Shown here: piece by piece, positions 31,287-44,689 of the stretch
Layout of the letters: each line of letters begins with the position of its first letter
Numbering within the stretch: position 1 is the first letter of the stretch
Source: Thermoanaerobaculia bacterium
GTDB lineage: Bacteria > Acidobacteriota > Thermoanaerobaculia > UBA5066 > Gp7-AA6
Direction: 5' to 3'
DNA: 63,290 nucleotides
Assembly: GCA_038229875.1 (NCBI GenBank)
Contig: JBBROA010000005.1
Location: 1-63,290, forward strand
Made by a program: the position numbers and the translations under genes
Notes under the pieces: generated by a model
Told to the model about the DNA's origin: nothing
Databases searched by the model: none
What the model saw: only the letters and a program-made list of their open reading frames with translations

Positions 31287-31371
31287 GTTGTGCGGGGATT
31301 CTACCCGCGCAACCCGCGCATCCGCCGGATGAGTCGGTCCTGGCCTCGAGCAGCCTGGCGAGGAGACTCGA

Positions 31372-32160
31372 TCAGGATTCCGGGTTCAGGGTCTCGGGAT
31401 GCGCCTCTTCGTAATGCACCCGCGTGAGTGTCAATCCGCGCGCGGCCGCTTTGGGAGCGAGCAGCGCGCGATCACCGGTTCGGAGGAGCTCGGCGATCCG
31501 ATCCGGGGGCGCCTTTTCGCGGCCCACGTGGGCGAGCACTCCGCAGATGGAGCGGACCATGCCTCGCAGAAACGCGTCTCCCCGGATCAGGAAACGGATC
31601 TCCTCGCCGACCTCGTTGACTTCCGCGGCGTAGATGCGGCGAAAGCCGCCCTCGGCCCCGGCGGCCCGGACGCCGAAGATCGAGAAATCCTTTCGCCCCG
31701 TGAGGGCTCTGGCCGCGGCGCGCATCGGCGCGGCGTCCGCCGTCCCGGCGATCGGCGCGACGAAGAGCGAGTCCTTCGGCGGGATGACGGCGGCCCGGCT
31801 CCAGCGGTACAGATATTCCTTCCACGCCGCGTCGCGCCTCGAGAGAAATCCCTCCGGCGCGGGGGCGGCATCGAGCAGCCTCACGTCCCAGGGCAGGAGC
31901 GCGTTGACTCCTTCCCGGATCCGCACGGGCTCGCGCGGCGTCCAGAGATCGAAGTGGATGACCTGCCCGTCCGCGTGCACGCCCGCGTCGGTGCGGCCGG
32001 CCGCATGCACCCGAACCGGGCCCTCCCCAGCGAACGCCGCGATGGCGGTCTCGAGCACCGCCTGGACCGTGCGTTCCGCGTTCTCCTGAAACTGGAAGCC
32101 CTTGAACCAGGTGCCCGCGTACGCGACGGTCGCCCGATAGCGATGCGCCGCGCGGGTCAT
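31372..32160 (-). CDS. truA: tRNA pseudouridine(38-40) synthase
   Basis: AGRTDAGVHADGQ, FLRGMVR, GLTLTRVHY. Confidence 0.95.
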   Translation of the reverse strand: MTRAAHRYRATVAYAGTWFKGFQFQENAERTVQAVLETAIAAFAGEGPVRVHAAGRTDAGVHADGQVIHFDLWTPREPVRIREGVNALLPWDVRLLDAAPAPEGFLSRRDAAWKEYLYRWSRAAVIPPKDSLFVAPIAGTADAAPMRAAARALTGRKDFSIFGVRAAGAEGGFRRIYAAEVNEVGEEIRFLIRGDAFLRGMVRSICGVLAHVGREKAPPDRIAELLRTGDRALLAPKAAARGLTLTRVHYEEAHPETLNPES

Positions 32161-33494
32161 GGTACGAGGGACACCGCGCGGCGGCGCGCAAGAGACCAAG
32201 CGAGCAACACCGCGAACGGAACGTACTCGAGCAGGTACACCGCGGCCGCCGGCAACCCCGGCGTCTTATAGAGGAGCCCGTACGCGAGCGGCGCCGCGGC
32301 GGCGAGCCAGAGAAACGCGGGTTCCCGGCGCGCCGCGGCGAAGGGAAGCACCCAGAGCAGGTACCAGGGGTGAAGCGTCGGCGAAAGAAGCAGCAGCGCG
32401 CCCGCCGACGCGAGCACGGCGTCCCACACGTCGGTGACCCTCCAGGCGATCAAAACAAGAAGAAGGGCGAGAACGATCCCGAGGAAAGCGCGCGCGAAGA
32501 ATCCGGAATAGAAGAATGGGAAGACACGCGCCGTCCACGGCGGATCACGATGCCGCGCCTTCCACGCGATGAAAGCTTCCTTGGCCCGCTCCGGGACTCG
32601 CGCCCTCTCCATCCCCGCGAAGACGGCCGGATACGCCACCGAGTTGAACTCCCAGCGCGTCGCGTACTGGTCGAGGCCGCCCGCCGGAGACGTCCCCAGG
32701 CGCGCGGCCGCGGCCCAGAGCGCGAACGCGGCGGCGGCGGCGGCCAGAAAGGTCCGCCAGCCTCCGCGGCGGGCGATAGGGAGGGCGGCCGCCGCGGAGA
32801 CGTACTTGCAGAGCGCCGACAACGCGAGCGCCAGACCCGCCGAGACGCGGCGTCCGCGCGATACGTGCAGCACCGATGCGAGGAGCAGCGCAACGCCTAG
32901 AGAGTCGAGATGCCCCTGCCCTGCCGTCTCAGTGATCGGCAACGGGTGGAACGCGTAAAGAGCGGCCGCCCACGCTCCCCATGGGACCCCCGACGCGGCG
33001 AGGAGAGCAACCACCGCGACGTCCGCCCCCGCAAAGAAGCCCTTGAGCACCACCGGGGCCCCCGCGTATCCGAACGCGCGAAACACCGCCTGCGACGCGG
33101 GCGGGTACACGGTCCGGATCTCGGGATGGGCGACGCGAGCGTTGAGCGGTCGGTCGAGCCCCGACACGGCCGGATCGGCGGGAGCGTGGGCCCAGGGTGA
33201 GATCCCGGCGCGGGCGACCCCGCCGTCCCACAGGTACCGCCAGAGATCGTCGGAAAGGTCCGGCGAGCGAAAGAGGAGCGTCAGCCGGAATGCGGCGGCG
33301 CACAGAATCAGGAAAGACGGACCCGATCCGGATAAACTCCGGGCCGCAATGAAGGCGAGCAGGGTGCCCGCTAGGAAAAGAGACAGGTACGGCAGCAGAT
33401 GAACCCGAGCGTCCGGCAGAAAAACGAAGCCCAGGGCGACCGCCTCGCCGGCGCCAAACAGCGCCCAGCGGGCTGACGCGCGCGCGCGGAACAC
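32157..33494 (-). CDS. GT87/DUF2029-like membrane glycosyltransferase (GT-C)
   Basis: LSDDLWRYLWDG, TVYPP, GHLD, WEFNS, PTLHPWYLLW. Confidence 0.8.
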   Translation of the reverse strand: MFRARASARWALFGAGEAVALGFVFLPDARVHLLPYLSLFLAGTLLAFIAARSLSGSGPSFLILCAAAFRLTLLFRSPDLSDDLWRYLWDGGVARAGISPWAHAPADPAVSGLDRPLNARVAHPEIRTVYPPASQAVFRAFGYAGAPVVLKGFFAGADVAVVALLAASGVPWGAWAAALYAFHPLPITETAGQGHLDSLGVALLLASVLHVSRGRRVSAGLALALSALCKYVSAAAALPIARRGGWRTFLAAAAAAFALWAAAARLGTSPAGGLDQYATRWEFNSVAYPAVFAGMERARVPERAKEAFIAWKARHRDPPWTARVFPFFYSGFFARAFLGIVLALLLVLIAWRVTDVWDAVLASAGALLLLSPTLHPWYLLWVLPFAAARREPAFLWLAAAAPLAYGLLYKTPGLPAAAVYLLEYVPFAVLLAWSLARRRAVSLVP

Positions 33495-33500
33495 CGACCG

Positions 33501-35018
33501 ATGACGTCCCACACCGCCGAAATCGCCACGCTCGCCGTCTATTACTTCGTCCTTGGCGTACTTGCCGTCTATGGGGCCCACCGCATCCTGATGGTCCGCC
33601 TCTATTACCGCCATCGCCAGGACGCCCCCCGTCCGATGGGCGAGCTGGCCACTCTCCCCCGCGTCACGATCCAGCTTCCGATCTACAACGAAGTCTACGT
33701 CGTGGATCGATTGATCGATGCCGCCGCGCAGATCGACTACCCCCGTGAGCTCCTGGACATCCAAGTCCTGGACGACTCGACGGACGAGACCGTCGAGCTC
33801 GCCCGGCGGGCCGTTGAACGCCACCGGCTTCGGGGCATCGACATCGTCCACGTCCGCCGCGGATCTCGCGACGGATATAAGGCCGGCGCCCTCCAGGCGG
33901 GCCTCGCCACCGCGAAGGGCGAGTTCCTGGCGATCTTCGACGCCGACTTCGTTCCGACTCCGGGGGTCCTCCGCCAGTCGCTCGCCTACTTCTCGGACCC
34001 GGGAGTCGGGATGGTGCAAGCGCGCTGGGATCACCTGAATCGCGAGTACTCGCTCCTGACCCGGATCCAGTCGATCTTCCTGGACGGGCACTTCGTCATC
34101 GAGCACACCGCCCGCCACCGATCGGGCCGCTTCTTCAACTTCAACGGCACGGCCGGCGTGTGGAGACGGAAGGCGATCGAGGACGCCGGCGCGTGGCAAT
34201 CGGACACGCTGACCGAGGACCTCGACATCTCGTACCGCGCGCAGCTCGCCGGCTGGAGGTTCGTCTATCTCAAGGACCTCGTGGTTCCGGCCGAGGTCCC
34301 GGTCGACATGAACGGCTTCAAGTCGCAGCAGCACCGCTGGACGAAGGGCTCGATCCAGACCGGGATGAAGCTCCTCCCGTCCATTTTCCGCAGCCGGCTC
34401 CCCTGGCGGATCAAGCTCGAAGCCTTTTTCCATCTCACCAACAACATCTCGTACCTGTTCGTCGTGATCCTGGCCCTTTTGATCGTGCCGGCGATCGTGA
34501 TCCGCGAGCGCATCGGGTGGCAGCGGCTGGCGATCGTCGATTTTCCCCTCTTCTTTGGCGCCACCTTCTCGTTCATCGCGTTCTACATCTCCTCCCAGAA
34601 GGAGATCGGCCGCGACTGGCGCCCGACCGTCAAGTGCATGCCGTTTCTGATGTCGCTCGGGATCGGCCTGTCGCTGAACAACCTGCACGCGGTCCTCGAA
34701 GGACTGTTCGATCGCAAGAGCGAATTCACGCGCACACCGAAGTACTCGATCGAGGGGGGCTCCGGCGAATGGCGCACGAAGAAGTACCGCTCACCCGGGA
34801 ACGCCTCGCTCCTCGGGGAGATCCTCCTGGCCGGATACTTCCTGGGCGCCACCGTCTTCGCCGCCGTCCAGAATTACTGGGTCGGCGTCCCGTTCCTCCT
34901 GGTCTTCTTCAACGGGTTCGCTTACACCGCGTTGCTCTCGCTCCATTCGGGCAACGGGCGGCGCGGGATCTCGCTCGGGTCCTCCCGCGGGCCGGCGCAA
35001 CCCGTCACCGGGGCGTGA
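33501..35018 (+). CDS. GT2 glycosyltransferase, cellulose-synthase-like
   Basis: QLPIYNE, LDDSTD, KAGAL, FDADF, TEDLD, QQHRW. Confidence 0.93.
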   Translation: MTSHTAEIATLAVYYFVLGVLAVYGAHRILMVRLYYRHRQDAPRPMGELATLPRVTIQLPIYNEVYVVDRLIDAAAQIDYPRELLDIQVLDDSTDETVELARRAVERHRLRGIDIVHVRRGSRDGYKAGALQAGLATAKGEFLAIFDADFVPTPGVLRQSLAYFSDPGVGMVQARWDHLNREYSLLTRIQSIFLDGHFVIEHTARHRSGRFFNFNGTAGVWRRKAIEDAGAWQSDTLTEDLDISYRAQLAGWRFVYLKDLVVPAEVPVDMNGFKSQQHRWTKGSIQTGMKLLPSIFRSRLPWRIKLEAFFHLTNNISYLFVVILALLIVPAIVIRERIGWQRLAIVDFPLFFGATFSFIAFYISSQKEIGRDWRPTVKCMPFLMSLGIGLSLNNLHAVLEGLFDRKSEFTRTPKYSIEGGSGEWRTKKYRSPGNASLLGEILLAGYFLGATVFAAVQNYWVGVPFLLVFFNGFAYTALLSLHSGNGRRGISLGSSRGPAQPVTGA

Positions 35019-35114
35019 GCGGGGCGGTCCTGACCGCCGCTGTGCCGCTTCTCCGCCGAACGAAAGGCGCCCGACGCCCCGCGACTTCCTCGCGGCTTCG
35101 AGCGTAGTTCCGCC

Positions 35115-37628
35115 GTGGCCCTCATGACCGACCCCGTCTGCGGAATGCCCGTCGAACCTGCGCGGGCGCCCGCGAAGCGGCGGCACGACGGCCGGGACTT
35201 CTTCTTCTGCGCGCCCGGCTGCGCGGCGCGCTTCGACAAGGACCCCGACGGCTTCTCGAGCGGGCGGCGAGCCCGCGAGCCGATGAAGGCGTCGCCGGCC
35301 TCCCCCTTCCTCCGCCCGGGGAAGACCCTGCCGCTCTTCGGCAGTCCGGGAGTCGGCGCGCCAGCGGCTGCCGCCCGCCCCGAGACGCCGCCTCGTCCCG
35401 CCGCTCCGCGTCTTCCGCGACGCGAGAAGGGCGAAGTCCTGTCGCTCGCCCTGGACGGGATGCACTGCGCATCCTGCGTCTCGACGATCGAGCAGGCGCT
35501 CACGGCGGTTCCGGGCGTCCACGAGGCGTCGGTGAACCTCGGGACGGGACGCGCGCGAATCCGCGGAGAAAACCTGCGGGCGAACAGCCTGATCGAAGCG
35601 GTGCGCGCCAGCGGGTACGAGGCGCGGCCCGCATCCGAGGTTTCGGGAGCGGACGACGAGCGCCGGGCCCGGGACGAGCAACGGTCCCTGCTCCGGCGCA
35701 CGGCGGCCGCTGCAGCGCTCACACTCCCCGTGATCGTGCTCTCGATGACGGGCGTCCGTTTTGCCGGACGCGACGTCGTTCTGCTGGCCCTGACGCTCCC
35801 CGTCTACCTGTGGGCGGGGTCGCCGTTTCTTTCGGGAATGGTGCGGACGCTGCGCCATCGAACCGCGAACATGGACACGCTCGTCGGGCTCGGCACCACT
35901 GCGGCGTTTCTCCTGTCCGCCGCGGGAACTTTTTTCCCGTCCGCGTTTGCAGCCGCCGGCGCCGCAGGGCACGTGTACTACGAGGCCGTCGGCGTGATCA
36001 TCACGCTCATCCTGCTCGGCCGGTGGCTCGAGACCCGGGCGCGCGGGCGAACGTCGGCCGCGATCCGCAAGCTCCTCGACCTCTCTCCGAAGACGGCGCG
36101 CCTGATCCGCAAGGGCGTCGAGCTGGAGGTCGCGCTCTCGGAGGTCTCGGTCGGCGACCGGCTCGCGGTCAAGCCCGGCGACGCGATCCCGGTCGACGGG
36201 GTCGTCCGATCCGGCTCTTCCGCCGTCGACGAGTCGATGGTGACCGGCGAGTCGCTGCCCGCGGAGAAGAAAACGGGAGACCGGGTGATCGGAGGCACTC
36301 TCAATCAGCAGGGGGCGATCGAGATCGAAGCGACCGCGGTGGGGGCCGACACCGCGCTCGCCCACATCGTCCGTCTCGTCCACGAGGCGCAGGCCACCAA
36401 GCCGCCGATCCAGAAGCTCGCAGACCGGATCGCGGGCGTGTTCGTCCCGGTCGTGCTCGGCATCGGAACGGTGGCGTGGGTGGCGTGGTACGTGTTCGGC
36501 CCGGAGCCCCGCGCTCTCTTCGCGACCGTCGTGCTCGCTTCCGTTCTCCTGATCGCGTGCCCCTGCGCGCTCGGTCTGGCGACACCCACCGCGATCCTGG
36601 TGGGCACCGGGCGCGGCGCGGACGCCGGGATCCTCTTCCGCAACGCGAACGCGCTCGAGCGCGCGAGATCGATCACCGACGTTCTGCTGGACAAGACCGG
36701 CACCGTCACCGAAGGGCGTCCCCGCCTGACCGACCGGGTGCGGCTCGCGCGCACATCGGATGCCGAGCTTCTCGGCGTCGCGGCGGCGCTCGAGAAAAGC
36801 TCGGCGCACCCGCTCGCCGCGGCGTTAGTCGCCGCCGCGGCGGAGAAAGGCGTCTTGCTGCCCGCGGTGTCGAGTTTCGAGTCGATAACGGGCCGCGGCG
36901 TCGTGGGAACAGTGGGCGGCAAACGCGTCCTCGTCGGGAACGGACGCCTGTTCGAGGAGGAGCGCGTCGACATTTCCGAAGTCGCGGAGGATGCCGAGCG
37001 GTTCGCCGCGGAGGGCAAGACGCCCGTTCTCGTCGCGGCGGACGGGAGCGTCCTCGGCATCCTCGTCGTGGCGGACCGCGAGAAACCGGGCTCGGCGGAG
37101 GCGGTCGCGCGGCTGAAGGCGCAGGGGCTTCGGGTGATCCTCGTGACCGGCGACCGCGAGCTGGCCGCCCGGGCGATCGCCGCGCGGGTCGGCATCGACG
37201 AGGTCTTCGCCGACGTCCTTCCCGCCGACAAGGCGTCGAAGGTCGTCGAAATTCAGCGGCGAGGGGGGGTCGTGGCGATGGTCGGCGACGGCGTCAACGA
37301 CGCTCCCGCCCTCGCCCAGGCAGACGTCGGGATCGCGATCGGCGCCGGAGCCGACGTTGCCATCGAAGCGTCGGACGTGACGCTCGTCGGCGGGGACCTG
37401 CGATCCGTCCCCGACGCGATCGCGCTCGCCCGCGAAACGCTCGCCACGATCCGGCAAAACCTCTTCTTCGCCTTCGCCTACAACGTCGTGGGAATCCCCG
37501 TGGCCGCGGGCCTTCTCTACCCGTTCACCGGCTGGATGCTCACGCCCATGCTCGCCTCCGCCGCGATGGCGGCGTCGTCGGTCTCGGTCGTCGTGAACAG
37601 CCTGCGGCTGGCGAGGCGGCGCCGGTGA
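35115..37628 (+). CDS. copA: Cu(I)-type P1B ATPase with YHS/TRASH and HMA domains
   Basis: [40 protein letters not shown]. Confidence 0.93.
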   Translation: MALMTDPVCGMPVEPARAPAKRRHDGRDFFFCAPGCAARFDKDPDGFSSGRRAREPMKASPASPFLRPGKTLPLFGSPGVGAPAAAARPETPPRPAAPRLPRREKGEVLSLALDGMHCASCVSTIEQALTAVPGVHEASVNLGTGRARIRGENLRANSLIEAVRASGYEARPASEVSGADDERRARDEQRSLLRRTAAAAALTLPVIVLSMTGVRFAGRDVVLLALTLPVYLWAGSPFLSGMVRTLRHRTANMDTLVGLGTTAAFLLSAAGTFFPSAFAAAGAAGHVYYEAVGVIITLILLGRWLETRARGRTSAAIRKLLDLSPKTARLIRKGVELEVALSEVSVGDRLAVKPGDAIPVDGVVRSGSSAVDESMVTGESLPAEKKTGDRVIGGTLNQQGAIEIEATAVGADTALAHIVRLVHEAQATKPPIQKLADRIAGVFVPVVLGIGTVAWVAWYVFGPEPRALFATVVLASVLLIACPCALGLATPTAILVGTGRGADAGILFRNANALERARSITDVLLDKTGTVTEGRPRLTDRVRLARTSDAELLGVAAALEKSSAHPLAAALVAAAAEKGVLLPAVSSFESITGRGVVGTVGGKRVLVGNGRLFEEERVDISEVAEDAERFAAEGKTPVLVAADGSVLGILVVADREKPGSAEAVARLKAQGLRVILVTGDRELAARAIAARVGIDEVFADVLPADKASKVVEIQRRGGVVAMVGDGVNDAPALAQADVGIAIGAGADVAIEASDVTLVGGDLRSVPDAIALARETLATIRQNLFFAFAYNVVGIPVAAGLLYPFTGWMLTPMLASAAMAASSVSVVVNSLRLARRRR

Positions 37629-38035
37629 TCACATTCACCTGGACCGCTGACCGGATTGCGGCGATCCTGCTGGGGGCCGCGTTTCTGGCTTTTCTCTACG
37701 TCTATTTCTTCCGGGCCCGGCGCCGGGAGGTCCTCTCGGTCCCCGCGCCGGCGCCGAGTGCGGGCGCGGCCGAGCAGGAAGCGACCATCACGGTCTCGGG
37801 CGGCTACGATCCCGAAGTGATCGTCGCGAAGAAAGGCATTCCGCTGACCCTGGTGTTCGACCGCAGGGAATCGAGCCCCTGCAGCGACGAGGTCGTGCTG
37901 CCCGAGTTCGGAATCCGGCAGAATCTCGCGGCCCACGCGAAGACCCGCATCCGCATCGTCCCGGAGCGCGCCGGCGAGTTCCCCTTCGCGTGCGGTATGA
38001 ACATGCTGCACGGCCTGCTTCGGGTCGAAGAATGA
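37625..38035 (+). CDS. Membrane-anchored cupredoxin (CupA-like)
   Basis: TM helix, [22 protein letters not shown]; GTGA overlap with copA. Confidence 0.88.
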   Translation: MITFTWTADRIAAILLGAAFLAFLYVYFFRARRREVLSVPAPAPSAGAAEQEATITVSGGYDPEVIVAKKGIPLTLVFDRRESSPCSDEVVLPEFGIRQNLAAHAKTRIRIVPERAGEFPFACGMNMLHGLLRVEE

Positions 38036-38685
38036 ACGCCCCCGTGGAGACAGTGCGCGTCACCGAGATCTTCCGCTCCCTCCAGGGGGAGTCCTTGCGC
38101 GCGGGGTTTCCCTGTGCGTTCGTCCGGCTCACCGGCTGCGCGCTGCGCTGTGTCTGGTGCGACTCCGCGTACGCGTTCTCCGGCGGCGAGGAGATGGAGG
38201 TCGTGGAGGCCGCCCGCCGCGTACTGGACCTTCAGACTGAGCTCGTCGAGGTGACCGGCGGCGAGCCTCTCGAGCAGGAGGGCGTCTACCCGCTGATGGG
38301 GCTTCTTCTCGACGCCGGGCGCACGGTCCTTCTCGAAACCGGCGGCCACATCCCGATCGACCGGGTGGACCCCCGCGTGATCAAGATCGTGGACGTCAAG
38401 GCGCCCGGGAGCGGCATGGAGACCGCGAATCTGCCCGAGAACCTGGACCGCCTGGGCGCCCGCGACGAGGTGAAATTCGTCCTGGCCGACCGGCGAGACT
38501 TCGACTGGGCGCTCACGCTCGTGCGCGAGCGGAACCTCGATCGCGCGCACGCCGTCACCTTCTCACCGGCGTCGGGGAGCGTCGAGCCCGGAACTCTCGC
38601 CGAGTGGGTCCGAGACAGCGGCCGCAACATCCGGCTCGGGCTCCAGCTTCACAAGGTCCTCTGGGGAGATGTGCCGGGAAGATGA
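38032..38685 (+). CDS. queE: 7-carboxy-7-deazaguanine synthase
   Basis: EIFRSLQGE, CALRCVWCD, TGGEP, QLHK. Confidence 0.93.
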   Translation: MNAPVETVRVTEIFRSLQGESLRAGFPCAFVRLTGCALRCVWCDSAYAFSGGEEMEVVEAARRVLDLQTELVEVTGGEPLEQEGVYPLMGLLLDAGRTVLLETGGHIPIDRVDPRVIKIVDVKAPGSGMETANLPENLDRLGARDEVKFVLADRRDFDWALTLVRERNLDRAHAVTFSPASGSVEPGTLAEWVRDSGRNIRLGLQLHKVLWGDVPGR

Positions 38686-39407
38686 GCGCACCCGCTCAGA
38701 CGCCGACGAAACCGATGAACCGTTCCTGTATCGTCCTTCTCTCCGGCGGGCTCGACTCCGCGACATGCCTCCTGATCGCGCGCACGGAAGGGTTCGACGT
38801 GCTCGCCCTCTCGTTTGAGTACGGACAGCGGCACGCGATCGAGCTCGAGCGGGCGCGCGCGCTAGCCGCCCGCTACGGCGTGCGCGAGCATCGGGTCGCG
38901 CGGATCGATCTTCCGGTGCCGGCCGCGTCGGCGCTGACCGACGCGGCGCGCGAAATCCCGAAGGACAGTCTCGGAGCCGAGGCGATCCCGGCGACCTACG
39001 TCCCGGCGCGGAACACGCTTTTTCTGGCGCACGCGCTCGCCTGGGCGGAGGCGGCGGAGGCGCGCGACATCTTCATCGGGGCGAACGCGCTCGATTATTC
39101 GGGGTACCCCGACTGCCGGCCGGAGTTTCTCGCCGCGTTCGAGACGATGGCGAACCTCGGCACCCGTGCAGGGGCCGGCGGGGAGACCTTCCGAATCCGT
39201 GCGCCGCTCCTCGCGATGACGAAGGCCGAGATCGTCGCGACGGGCGCGGCGCTCGGCCTCGATTTCGCGCTGACGTCGTCCTGCTACGACCCCGGCCCGG
39301 ACGCTCGCCCCTGCGGCCGCTGCGACTCGTGCCTCCTGCGCGAAAAGGGCTTCCGGGAGGCCGGCGTTTCTGACCCGGTCCGGTCGCGCGGATCTCAACT
39401 GCTGTGA
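38682..39407 (+). CDS. queC: 7-cyano-7-deazaguanine synthase
   Basis: SGGLDS, YGQRH, YVPARN, YPDCRPEF, SCY..CGRCDSC. Confidence 0.97.
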   Translation: MSAPAQTPTKPMNRSCIVLLSGGLDSATCLLIARTEGFDVLALSFEYGQRHAIELERARALAARYGVREHRVARIDLPVPAASALTDAAREIPKDSLGAEAIPATYVPARNTLFLAHALAWAEAAEARDIFIGANALDYSGYPDCRPEFLAAFETMANLGTRAGAGGETFRIRAPLLAMTKAEIVATGAALGLDFALTSSCYDPGPDARPCGRCDSCLLREKGFREAGVSDPVRSRGSQLL

Positions 39408-39413
39408 ATGCAG

Positions 39414-39443
39414 GGTGACACTTCTCCGCTCATATTTTATCTT
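39414..39443 (+). promoter_or_regulatory. clpB promoter with overlapping HAIR-like dyad
   Basis: GTGACA-17 nt-TATCTT; ggTGAca-N7-gcTCAta resembles CTTGAGT-N7-ACTCAAG. Confidence 0.5.
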
Positions 39444-39503
39444 TCGACTGCGCGATGAGCAGTGCGGGCCTGAGCCCGCCCGTTTGCGCGGAAAGAGACC
39501 GCA

Positions 39504-42143
<2,640 letters not shown>

Positions 42144-42215
42144 GGGGCCGTCATTTCAGAAGTCAAAAGCGTTCAGCGCCCATGTTGCATGTTGCATGGT
42201 GCATGTTGACTGCTG

Positions 42216-42237
42216 AACCGTTTCGGCGGGTCTTTTT
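42216..42237 (+). terminator. Possible intrinsic terminator after clpB
   Basis: ccgt-TTCG-gcgg hairpin followed by tcttttt. Confidence 0.35.
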
Positions 42238-42315
42238 GGTGGCGCGCGGGCGCCTGTTGACGTCGGGACCGCCGTCCGCAGGAATGCCGGAGTCGCCCGG
42301 CCCGTTTCGGGTGCC

Positions 42316-43650
42316 GTGAGACGAGCCGTCGGGACCTGCGCCGCCGTGGCCCTCCTCTTTTCGACCGTCGCATACGTCGCTTCCGCCGCTCCTTTGCCCT
42401 CCCGCCGGAGCGAGATCGTCGAGGTTGTCGATAAGGTTTCGCCGGCCGTCGTGAACATCGCCGCGGAGCAGCTCGTCACCCGCCGCACCGGATCGTGGGA
42501 CGACTTCTTCTTCGGTCTCGATCCGCGGCCCCGCCGGGAAACCGCGCAGTCGCTGGGGTCGGGGGCGATCATCGACCCGAAGGGCATCATCCTGACGAAC
42601 GACCACGTCATCTCGGGCGCATCGAGGATTCTCGCCACGACGAAATCCGGTGTCGAGCTCGAGTGCGAGGTGGTCGGCTCCGACGCGGACAACGATCTGG
42701 CCGTGCTCCGCGTCAAGAAACCCGGAGCGCCGCTTCCAACCCTGAAGCTCGGAACCTCGAGCGACATCCTGATCGGCGAGACGATCGTGGCGATCGGAAA
42801 CCCGTTCGGCTTCTCGAACACGGTGACGGCCGGCGTCGTTTCCGCGATGGGCCGGAGCGTGCGCGGCAACGACAATCAGCGGGTCTACACGGATTTCATC
42901 CAGATCGACGCCCCGATCAACCCCGGAAATTCCGGCGGCCCTGTCGTCAACATCCAGGGCGAGATGATCGGCATCGCGACCGCGATCATCGGCGGAGCGC
43001 AGGGCATCGGCTTCGCGATCCCGGTGGACCGGGCGAAGCGGATCGTCGCGGACCTGCGCCAGTACGGATCCGTGCGCGCGGTGTGGATCGGCGCGCGCGG
43101 CCGCACGCTCACGGCCGGCGAAGAAAGGGCCGGCCAGCGCCGCCCGCGGGGGTTCCGAATCCGCTCGGTGGAGTCGGCCTCACCGGCGGAGCGCGCGGGC
43201 ATCAAGGCAGGAGACACGGTCGTCTCGATCGATGGCGCCCCGATCGACTCGCAGGAGGCGTTCGAGACCGCGCTTTCGACCCGCGGCCCCGGCAAGCCGA
43301 TGAAGCTCGTGCTTCGGAGCGGGACTGGCGAGCGCGAGCGCGACCGCACGGTCACGATTTCGGGCGAGCCGCCGCCCGGCGACTACGGCATCCGGCGGCT
43401 CCGGACCGACCTCGGGATGACGGTGCGATCCGGCGGTACCGGGCTCAGGATCACGATCGTGGATCCTCGCGGCGGCGCCGCGAAGGCGGGCCTCGAGAAC
43501 GGCGACATCCTGATCGGCTTAAACGGCACGGAAGTTCGAGATCCCGAGGACGTGAACAAGATCTTCGCCCGGGACCACAACCGCAGCACGCTGGTCATGG
43601 AAGTCGCGCGCGGCCGGTTCTCCTATACCCTCACGTTCCCGCTGGCGTAA
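42316..43650 (+). CDS. HtrA/DegP-family serine protease with two PDZ domains
   Basis: Signal peptide, TNDHV, DLAVL, INPGNSGGP. Confidence 0.93.
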   Translation: MRRAVGTCAAVALLFSTVAYVASAAPLPSRRSEIVEVVDKVSPAVVNIAAEQLVTRRTGSWDDFFFGLDPRPRRETAQSLGSGAIIDPKGIILTNDHVISGASRILATTKSGVELECEVVGSDADNDLAVLRVKKPGAPLPTLKLGTSSDILIGETIVAIGNPFGFSNTVTAGVVSAMGRSVRGNDNQRVYTDFIQIDAPINPGNSGGPVVNIQGEMIGIATAIIGGAQGIGFAIPVDRAKRIVADLRQYGSVRAVWIGARGRTLTAGEERAGQRRPRGFRIRSVESASPAERAGIKAGDTVVSIDGAPIDSQEAFETALSTRGPGKPMKLVLRSGTGERERDRTVTISGEPPPGDYGIRRLRTDLGMTVRSGGTGLRITIVDPRGGAAKAGLENGDILIGLNGTEVRDPEDVNKIFARDHNRSTLVMEVARGRFSYTLTFPLA

Positions 43651-43675
43651 ATCCGACTTGGAGGCCCGTGACCGG

Positions 43676-44611
43676 TCACGGTCTCGGGGAAGCCGGCTTC
43701 CGGATTCGTAATTCCGAAACGACGATCCCCGCCAGCACGAGCGCCCCTCCGATCATCCCGCGCGTCCCGAGCTTGTCGTGCAGGAGCCAGGCTCCGAAGA
43801 TCGCCGCCATGACGGGCTCGAGCGCGAAAATGATCGCGGCGTGCGTCGCGGACATTTTGCCCTGCGCCCACGTCTGCGAGAAGAACGTCCCGACGGTCCC
43901 GACAGAGCCGAGATAGAGCACGCTCCAGAGAAAGGTGCCTCCCCAGACAACGCGGCGCGCCTCCGCGGCCGCTTCCGGAAGGCCCGACAGTGCCGGAATC
44001 CGCAGGAGGAGAGAGGCGAGGCCGGACACCACCACCACCGTCGCGAGCTGGACGGCGGTCAGCCACACCGCGTCCTGACGCGCCGAGCGCTCGGAGAGCT
44101 CGACGATGTAGAAGGCGAAGACGACTCCGCAGCCGAACACGAGGACGTCCCCGCGGCCGATCGCGCCGCCGTCCGTCGGGAAGGTGAGCAGCAGAAAACC
44201 GACTGCCGCCAGCGCGAAGCCCGCCGCGTTTTCGAGGGACGGCAGCCTCCGGTTGCGCAGATACGCGGCGAAGGGAGTCAGCACCACGGAGAGGCCCGTC
44301 AGGAACCCGGCCTTCGAAGCCGTCGTTGTCGGGATGCCCAGGACCTGCAGCGTCATCCCTCCCGCGAGCAGGAGCCCGACCACGAGGCCGTCCCGCCAGA
44401 GGCCGGGGCTTCTGCGCCGGAAGAACAGAAGCGGCGCGAGAAGAGCGGAGGCGATTGCGAAACGCCAGAACAGAAACTGGAGCGGCGGTGACGACTCGAA
44501 GGCGTTCTTGACGACCACGAACGAGGAGCCCCAGACCACCGTCACGCCGATGAGCACGGCATCGGCGCGCAGCGATCCCGGCGCCCGAGCGCCCGAGGCT
44601 TTCTCCGTCAT
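43676..44611 (-). CDS. EamA/DMT family transporter
   Basis: WGSSF, TTASKAGF, LEPV; about 10 TM helices. Confidence 0.9.
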   Translation of the reverse strand: MTEKASGARAPGSLRADAVLIGVTVVWGSSFVVVKNAFESSPPLQFLFWRFAIASALLAPLLFFRRRSPGLWRDGLVVGLLLAGGMTLQVLGIPTTTASKAGFLTGLSVVLTPFAAYLRNRRLPSLENAAGFALAAVGFLLLTFPTDGGAIGRGDVLVFGCGVVFAFYIVELSERSARQDAVWLTAVQLATVVVVSGLASLLLRIPALSGLPEAAAEARRVVWGGTFLWSVLYLGSVGTVGTFFSQTWAQGKMSATHAAIIFALEPVMAAIFGAWLLHDKLGTRGMIGGALVLAGIVVSELRIRKPASPRP

Positions 44612-44689
44612 GGCGGCGACAGGCTAGCAGCTGGCATCCGGGCGGCGAATTCGCCTCGCGGCGTCCGGCAGCCTGCTAGCATCGGCGGC

